A DNA stretch of 64,000 nt from positions 544,001-608,000 of the forward strand of contig CBDFKD010000002.1 in the NCBI GenBank assembly GCA_965248695.1, read 5' to 3'. The position numbers and the translations under genes are program-made. Below, piece after piece: positions 58,434 through 64,000 of this stretch. The stretch is from Acidobacteriota bacterium (GTDB lineage: Bacteria; Acidobacteriota; UBA890; WLXD01). The first letter of the stretch is position 1; each line of letters opens with the position of its first letter. The notes under the pieces were generated by a model. The model had not been told where the DNA came from and did not search any database. It saw only the letters and a list, made by a program, of their open reading frames with translations.

Positions 58434-59606
58434 TCAGTGGGAGCCCTCGTGCGTATGATCGAAGCGCTCGTGATGTTGCCGTAGGAGATCCTTGCCGTAG
58501 TCGTTGCCGTTCGGCGTGCGTACCACCGCGTGAACATGGTTGCGGCTCGGGCCATCGCCATCGAGCGCGATGGGGCCCTGGTGATCGAACTCGATAAGAA
58601 TGACGGGACTGTGTACGCGGTAGTAGAACACCGCGTCATCCCCCGTCGAGCCCATCCAGGTGAACCAGGTGTCGTCGAGATGGTCGCGGACCTGTGCCAT
58701 GCGGGCCTCGGAGTGACCTTTCCGCATGTTGCCGACGTACTGGGTGATCAACTCGAGCAACAGGCCTCGCTGACGCTGGTCCAAGGAGTCGGCGCGGAGC
58801 CCTTCATACCGCATCTCGAAATTGTCACGGAACGCTGCTGTGAACACGTTGCGCGGCAGCTCTTCGGCGACCTTTGCGACCGCCTGTTGCGACGCGTTCA
58901 ACGACTGCATTAGCGCTAGTCCGACCGCTTCCTCGTCTTCGAACACCCGCGTGCCGGCGTACTTGCCGGCCGCGGCGTACGTTGGCTCGGAGCCGAGAAA
59001 CGTCGGCGTCATGGTCACCTGGTCGCCGAGCACAAAGTAATTGATCACCAGGTGATGCCCGTCCAGCTGCCAGCCCCACGGCTCGGTCTCGGACGGCGTC
59101 CCCATGACCGTGAAGAAGTAGAGCCCCTCGCCGTACTCCTCGAAGTTGTTCACCAGCTCGGCAATCGTGGTGTTGAGGCGCATGATGTCGGTGGCCAGAC
59201 GCAGCCCCTTCGCCGACAGGCTGGCACCGAGAAGATCGTAGGCTGCGGCCCGCTGCGGCTCCGACATCGCTCCGAAGCTCACGCCGCGGCGTTCGTAGCG
59301 ATGCACGTTGTTCCAACGGCGCCACTCGATGTCATCGACGGTGAACGTCGAGGCGATGCGTTGCTCCGCATCGAGCGCTCCCAGGAAGGCTGCAGCGGCG
59401 GATACGACCGGCGCCGTCGAGATCCCCGTGGCGCGCAGGGGGAAAAGATCGGGAACGATGTCGCCGTTTTCCGTGATGCCGCGGAACGCTTCCGCCAGCG
59501 CAGCGGCCTGCCCACCACCCTGTTCGGTGGTCGTGCGGCCGAGCACGTCTCCGCCAGCCGATGCAGCGATTCCCACGGCTGCCGCCACGCTCACCAACGT
59601 TCTCAT
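58434..59606 (-). CDS. DUF3500-family exported protein
   Basis: WGWQLDGHHL, TPTFLG, YYRVHSP, NHVHAVVRTPNGNDYG. Confidence 0.85.
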   Translation of the reverse strand: MRTLVSVAAAVGIAASAGGDVLGRTTTEQGGGQAAALAEAFRGITENGDIVPDLFPLRATGISTAPVVSAAAAFLGALDAEQRIASTFTVDDIEWRRWNNVHRYERRGVSFGAMSEPQRAAAYDLLGASLSAKGLRLATDIMRLNTTIAELVNNFEEYGEGLYFFTVMGTPSETEPWGWQLDGHHLVINYFVLGDQVTMTPTFLGSEPTYAAAGKYAGTRVFEDEEAVGLALMQSLNASQQAVAKVAEELPRNVFTAAFRDNFEMRYEGLRADSLDQRQRGLLLELITQYVGNMRKGHSEARMAQVRDHLDDTWFTWMGSTGDDAVFYYRVHSPVILIEFDHQGPIALDGDGPSRNHVHAVVRTPNGNDYGKDLLRQHHERFDHTHEGSH

Positions 59607-59658
59607 CTCGCTCCTCCAGCTAACCGAACACGACCAACGAGCCGCTCTGATCAGCAGT

Positions 59659-59936
59659 CTAGTGGCCTGTAACAGATGAACGTTGCATATCGCAGATGGG
59701 ATTTGCGGGTGAGATCAAGGCACGCCGAGGACGGCGATGCAATGAGCATCTTCGACGAGGCGCAACGCCGATATCGCCCGCAACTGCCCATCTGTCCGCA
59801 GGATGGCGGCGAAATCGGCCCGTCTGCGGCGTTGCCCCTCCTCGAAGATGCGCAAACATCGTCTCGTCGGTGCGCCTGGCATCCGGACCCATTTCGCCAC
59901 CACGATATGCAACGTTCATCTGCTACAGGCCACTAG
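59659..59936. mobile_element. MITE-like palindromic element flanked by CTAG
   Basis: Terminal inverted repeats 33/34 identical including CTAG; two homologous inverted halves; no transposase. Confidence 0.8.
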
Positions 59937-61106
59937 CAAGCCGCTGGCCTTCGTCCGCTCGAGCGCGCCGGCCAGGTGCGTCAGGTCGCTGTCGTCGTTG
60001 TACAGGTGGGCGGAGACTCGAATGCCGTCACCGCGGGCCGACACGAGCACGCCCTCGGCGGCAAGCGCGTCGCATAGTCGCGGGGCGTCGCCGCAGCGCG
60101 CCAGCACAATGCCCGACGCGGAGCCCGGTCGCGTCGGGCTCGATACCGGCAGGCCGGCGTCGGTGAGCACCTCGCGCAGCCCCGCGTTCAGTTGCAGCAC
60201 ACGCGCTTCGATCGTCGTCGCGCCGAGCTGGTGCTGGAGATCCAGCGCCGCGCCCAACGCGAACACGTTCGGGAAGGGCGGATGGCCGGCCTCGATGGCG
60301 CGCGCATCGGGCGTCAGGTCGAGCTCGTCAGAGACCAACGCGTACGGGTCCCGCGCGCTGCGCCAGCCCACCGCCGGATGGTCGCCGGAGTGGCGCTCGT
60401 TGACGTAGAGAAAACCGTTGCCGTAGCCCGCATTGAGCCACTTGTAGCCGCTGCATGCGAGGAAATCGACACCGCCGGCGGAGACATCGACTGAAACAGC
60501 GCCGAGACCCTGGGTGGCGTCGACAACCAGCATCAGGTGGTGGTCTCGACACAGCTCGACCAGGGCATCCAGGTCGTGTCGGAAGCCGGTGCGGTAGTGA
60601 ACCAGCCCCAGCGTGAGGATCCGCGTCTGCGGTTGAATGGCCGCGACAATGGACCCCGGCGTGATGCCGCCATCGTCATCGGGGTCGAGAAAATCGACGG
60701 CGTAGCCGAGCTGCAGCCACGGCAGCGTGACGGAGGGGAAATCGCCACGGAGCGCAACGACGGAGCCGGAGCCGGAACTGGAACTGGAACTGGTTCCCTG
60801 CAGCCTCCGAGCCACATGATTGATGCCGAGGGAGGCATTGCTCGTGAAAGCAATCTCGGTGCTACGGGCGCCAATGAGGCGAGCCACGGAGCCGCGCACA
60901 TCCTCGACGCGCTGCAACCAATCATCCCAGTGGACGTCACCGTCCCGTAGCGTGGAGTCGTAGTAGGACCTGCCGGCCTCGGCGGCCGCGGTCGAGATTG
61001 GTCCGCCAGCGGCAGTGTTCAGGTAACAGCAGGCCGACGCCGCCGGGAACAACTTCCGAACCACACCCCAGTCGGTCATGCGCCCATCGGCCTTCGAGGC
61101 CTTCAT
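59916..61106 (-). CDS. Aminotransferase class V PLP enzyme
   Basis: YLNTAAGG, VDATQ, SGYKWL, IRVSAHLYN. Confidence 0.88.
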   Translation of the reverse strand: MKASKADGRMTDWGVVRKLFPAASACCYLNTAAGGPISTAAAEAGRSYYDSTLRDGDVHWDDWLQRVEDVRGSVARLIGARSTEIAFTSNASLGINHVARRLQGTSSSSSSGSGSVVALRGDFPSVTLPWLQLGYAVDFLDPDDDGGITPGSIVAAIQPQTRILTLGLVHYRTGFRHDLDALVELCRDHHLMLVVDATQGLGAVSVDVSAGGVDFLACSGYKWLNAGYGNGFLYVNERHSGDHPAVGWRSARDPYALVSDELDLTPDARAIEAGHPPFPNVFALGAALDLQHQLGATTIEARVLQLNAGLREVLTDAGLPVSSPTRPGSASGIVLARCGDAPRLCDALAAEGVLVSARGDGIRVSAHLYNDDSDLTHLAGALERTKASGLLVACSR

Positions 61107-62230
61107 TGCACGACACTCCGATAAATCTCCTCGTCGGTGTCGCCCTCGGTGGAGATCAGCAGCACGCTAGCGTAGTCGTCGAGCCGTAGCTGTCGTCGAA
61201 CCGCCTGCAGCTCCGGTTGCGAGCATACGGTCTCGACCAGTCCCGCTGTCACCGCACCCGACTCGCCCGAGATCACTTCGGCATCGCCGGCCGCGGGGCG
61301 CGCCAACCGGCGCATCCCGGCTCTGGCAATGTCGTCTTGGCAGGCGAGCCAGCCGTCGGCGTGTCGACGCAAGATGGCCCAGGCTGAAACGCTCAGTTGT
61401 CCACACGACAGGCCCGCCATGAACGTGTCTGGCGCCTCCTCGAGACGCGGCGGAGCGTCTTCGGATCTCTCCATGGCCGCCATTCCACACGCAGCCCCCT
61501 CCGGTTCGACGATGAAGACCATCGGCCGGTTGGCGCCGAAACGCTCCACCAGGAACGCCGTAATCGAAGCAGCGAACGAACCGACGCCACACTGAAGAAA
61601 CACGTGCGTCGGCGCCTCTCCTCCGAGCTGATCGATCGCCTCGTTCGCCAGCGTGAGGTACCCCTGCATGACCCATCGGGGGACCTGTTCGTATCCCGCC
61701 CATGACGTGTCCTGTAGCAGCATCCAGCCCTGGTCCTCAGCGGCCGCCCGCGCCCGTTCAACGGCGTCGTCGAAGGACCCTTCTACTCGACTGGCCCGGG
61801 CTCCGAGTCGAGCAATCGCCTCGACGCGCCCGGCGCTGGCCTCGTGCGGCAGATACACGACCGAGGAGTGCCCCGATCGCGCCGCGGCCCAGGCAACGGC
61901 GCGTCCGTGATTGCCGTCCGTGGCGGTGACGAACGTCAAGGTACGGCCCGGGTGCTGCTCGATCACGCGCGAGACCGCCCAGCTCGCCCCGAGACCCTTG
62001 AACGCCTTGAGCCCGAAGCGTCGTGATTCGTCCTTGACGTGCAGGCTCCCGATGCCGAGCTCGGCAGCCAGCCCCGGCAGTGGGACCAGCGGCGTCGGCT
62101 CGTAGCTTGGCAGCGAGCGGTGATACGCCTGAGCCGCCGCCACCGCGGCGGCCCCGAACGGCGCAGTGAACTCGTCTCCGCCACGGTCCACCGCAGCTGG
62201 GTTCATGAGCAGGCGTACTGTCGGGTTCAT
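61103..62230 (-). CDS. dpaL: Diaminopropionate ammonia-lyase
   Basis: KDESRRFGLKAFKGLG, ATDGNHG, QDTSW, MAGLSCG, GESGA, STEGDT. Confidence 0.88.
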   Translation of the reverse strand: MNPTVRLLMNPAAVDRGGDEFTAPFGAAAVAAAQAYHRSLPSYEPTPLVPLPGLAAELGIGSLHVKDESRRFGLKAFKGLGASWAVSRVIEQHPGRTLTFVTATDGNHGRAVAWAAARSGHSSVVYLPHEASAGRVEAIARLGARASRVEGSFDDAVERARAAAEDQGWMLLQDTSWAGYEQVPRWVMQGYLTLANEAIDQLGGEAPTHVFLQCGVGSFAASITAFLVERFGANRPMVFIVEPEGAACGMAAMERSEDAPPRLEEAPDTFMAGLSCGQLSVSAWAILRRHADGWLACQDDIARAGMRRLARPAAGDAEVISGESGAVTAGLVETVCSQPELQAVRRQLRLDDYASVLLISTEGDTDEEIYRSVVQ

Positions 62231-62407
62231 GAGGTGCTGCTCGCGGCCGGCCCCCCGGCATCGGGCGCTTGCCACATTCGCCCTGCGCCGGATACGGCTA
62301 GAATCTAGCTTCTGACACTACCAGGTTGCCAAATAGCAAGCTGCGACCGGAGCGCGCTAGACAGAGGAGCGCGACACCGTCGCAGTCATCCCCGTTTGGA
62401 GGTCTTC

Positions 62408-64000
62408 ATGCGCCGAATCGTCGTTACGCTGGCCGCTCTGCTGTGCGTGGCCCCAGGTGCGCTCGCCCAGCAAGTCAGCCCCGTTGTCCACACGCTCGAC
62501 AATGGAATGACGGTCCTACTGATCCCGCGACCCGGCGACCCGAACATCTCCGCCGGCTGGATCGCCAAGGTCGGATCGGCGAACGAGCGCCCCGGGATCA
62601 CGGGAGTGGCCCATCTGTTCGAGCACATGATGTTCAAGGGCACGGACACGATCGGGACCATCGACGCGGCCGAAGATCGGCGTGTGATCGCTCAGCTGGA
62701 CGATCTCCGTGCCGGCATCCGCAAGCATGAGCAGGAGCTCCTCCGGCAGCAACGGGTCGGAGCGATCGACGACTGGCGCAAGCCCGAGCATCGCTCGCCG
62801 GCGCACCAGGATCTGATCGATGAGTTCGACAGCGCCCTGGGTGAGCAGAGTGGGCTGATCATCAAGGACGACTTCGATCGCATTTACACCGGCGAAGGTG
62901 GCTCCGGAATGAACGCCGGGACCGACTACGACTTCACGGTCTACTTCATCAACGTGCCGGCCAACAAGCTGGAGCTGTGGTTCTGGCTCGAGTCGGACCG
63001 GCTGATGAACCCCGTCTTTCGCGAGTTCTACAGTGAGCGAGACGTCGTGCACGAGGAGCGTCGACTCCGTACCGACAGCACCCCCACGGGTCTCCTCGAC
63101 GAGCAATTCGAGGCGATGTTCTGGGAATCGTCGCCCTACTCATGGCCGGTTGTCGGCTGGCCCAGCGATCTGTATGGGCTGACGCGCGAGGAAGCGCTCG
63201 AGTTCTTCGACCTCTACTACGCACCCAACAACATCAGTGCCGCGCTGGTTGGAGGGTTCGATCCCGATGAAGCCATCGCCCTCGCGGAGCGCTACTTCGG
63301 CCGCATGAAACGGGGAGACCGTGAGCCGGAGCCGGTGCGCACCTGGGAGGTCGAGCAACAGGGCGAGAAACGCATGATCGGGTACGCGGACACCAACCCT
63401 CAGGTAAGGATCCGGTACCACGGGGTCGCCGATGGCCACGTAGACGAGCCGGCGCTGCTGGTTCTCGGTCAGCTGCTGTCCGGGCGGACCGGCAGGCTCT
63501 TCAAGGGTCTGGTCGAGGAGCAGGAGGTCGCTACGTCGGCGTCCGCCGGACAAAACGGGCGCAAATGGGACGGTTACTTCGAGATCCGCGGCACCGCCAA
63601 GCAGGGACACACTCCCGAGGAGGTCGAAGCCTCGGTCTACGCCGAGATCGAAAAGCTGAAGACGGAGCCGGTGCCGGAACGCGAGCTACAGAAGGTCAAG
63701 AACCAGAACGCTGCAGCGGAGTTCCGCCGGCTGCAGAGCAGCTTCGGCCTTCTGCTGCAATTGCTGATCGCGGAGGGATATCGCGGCTGGGAGACTATCA
63801 ACACTACGGGCCCCGAGCTCCAGGCGGTCACTGCCGAGGACATCCAGCGCGTCGCCAACACGTATTTCGAGCCCGAAGCCCGCGCTGTGGCGATCTACTA
63901 CCGCAGCGAGAGCGCCGAGCCCGCCGACCCGCGGCTGGCCGGTCTCGATGACCAGGAACGCCAGCAGATCAACACGGTGCAGCAACAGCTCGCCCAGGCC
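62408..64000 (+). CDS. M16 (pitrilysin-family) zinc peptidase, runs off the window
   Basis: Not in the ORF track; ATG 62408, signal peptide, HTLDNGM, AHLFEHMMFKG (HxxEH), NAGT. Confidence 0.9.
   Translation, partial: MRRIVVTLAALLCVAPGALAQQVSPVVHTLDNGMTVLLIPRPGDPNISAGWIAKVGSANERPGITGVAHLFEHMMFKGTDTIGTIDAAEDRRVIAQLDDLRAGIRKHEQELLRQQRVGAIDDWRKPEHRSPAHQDLIDEFDSALGEQSGLIIKDDFDRIYTGEGGSGMNAGTDYDFTVYFINVPANKLELWFWLESDRLMNPVFREFYSERDVVHEERRLRTDSTPTGLLDEQFEAMFWESSPYSWPVVGWPSDLYGLTREEALEFFDLYYAPNNISAALVGGFDPDEAIALAERYFGRMKRGDREPEPVRTWEVEQQGEKRMIGYADTNPQVRIRYHGVADGHVDEPALLVLGQLLSGRTGRLFKGLVEEQEVATSASAGQNGRKWDGYFEIRGTAKQGHTPEEVEASVYAEIEKLKTEPVPERELQKVKNQNAAAEFRRLQSSFGLLLQLLIAEGYRGWETINTTGPELQAVTAEDIQRVANTYFEPEARAVAIYYRSESAEPADPRLAGLDDQERQQINTVQQQLAQA

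Noticed and set aside
60762-60792. Hexamer microsatellite as a phase-variation switch
   Set aside because: 6-bp units keep the frame and only encode a Ser/Gly linker

Overview
GC-rich bacterial chromosome segment. The PadR-ADOP permease pair and VWA-domain protein suggest an Acidobacteriota- or Gemmatimonadota-like host (inference). About 2.6-24.6 kb is a rearranged, incomplete lambdoid siphoprophage. It carries a gpE-type capsid, neck and tail genes, a G/GT frameshift chaperone and a truncated tape measure. It also has an accessory region containing an nfo gene, a CI repressor, and one rightward early operon (YqaJ, RecT, RuvC, ParB, replication initiator, DnaB, Xis, Int). The best-supported hidden element is a complete C4/P4-CI-type antisense RNA switch at 20.17-20.46 kb. 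It has upstream and downstream target sites and sits directly before the replication-xis-int genes. The prophage interrupts a response regulator-HEAT-(glycosyltransferase)-YaiO operon, of which only apparent stubs of the glycosyltransferase remain. That operon continues into an unusual membrane protein with repeated phosphatase-like domains. The host part includes c-di-GMP enzymes, BolA/GrxD, an FHA-TonB fusion, a molybdo-hydroxylase/cyclase/amidase/NCS1/NCS2 catabolic cluster, and a 278-bp CTAG-flanked nested-hairpin MITE. Several 1-2 nt frameshifts and abrupt junctions suggest an error-prone assembly, so the rearrangement claims need read-level checks.
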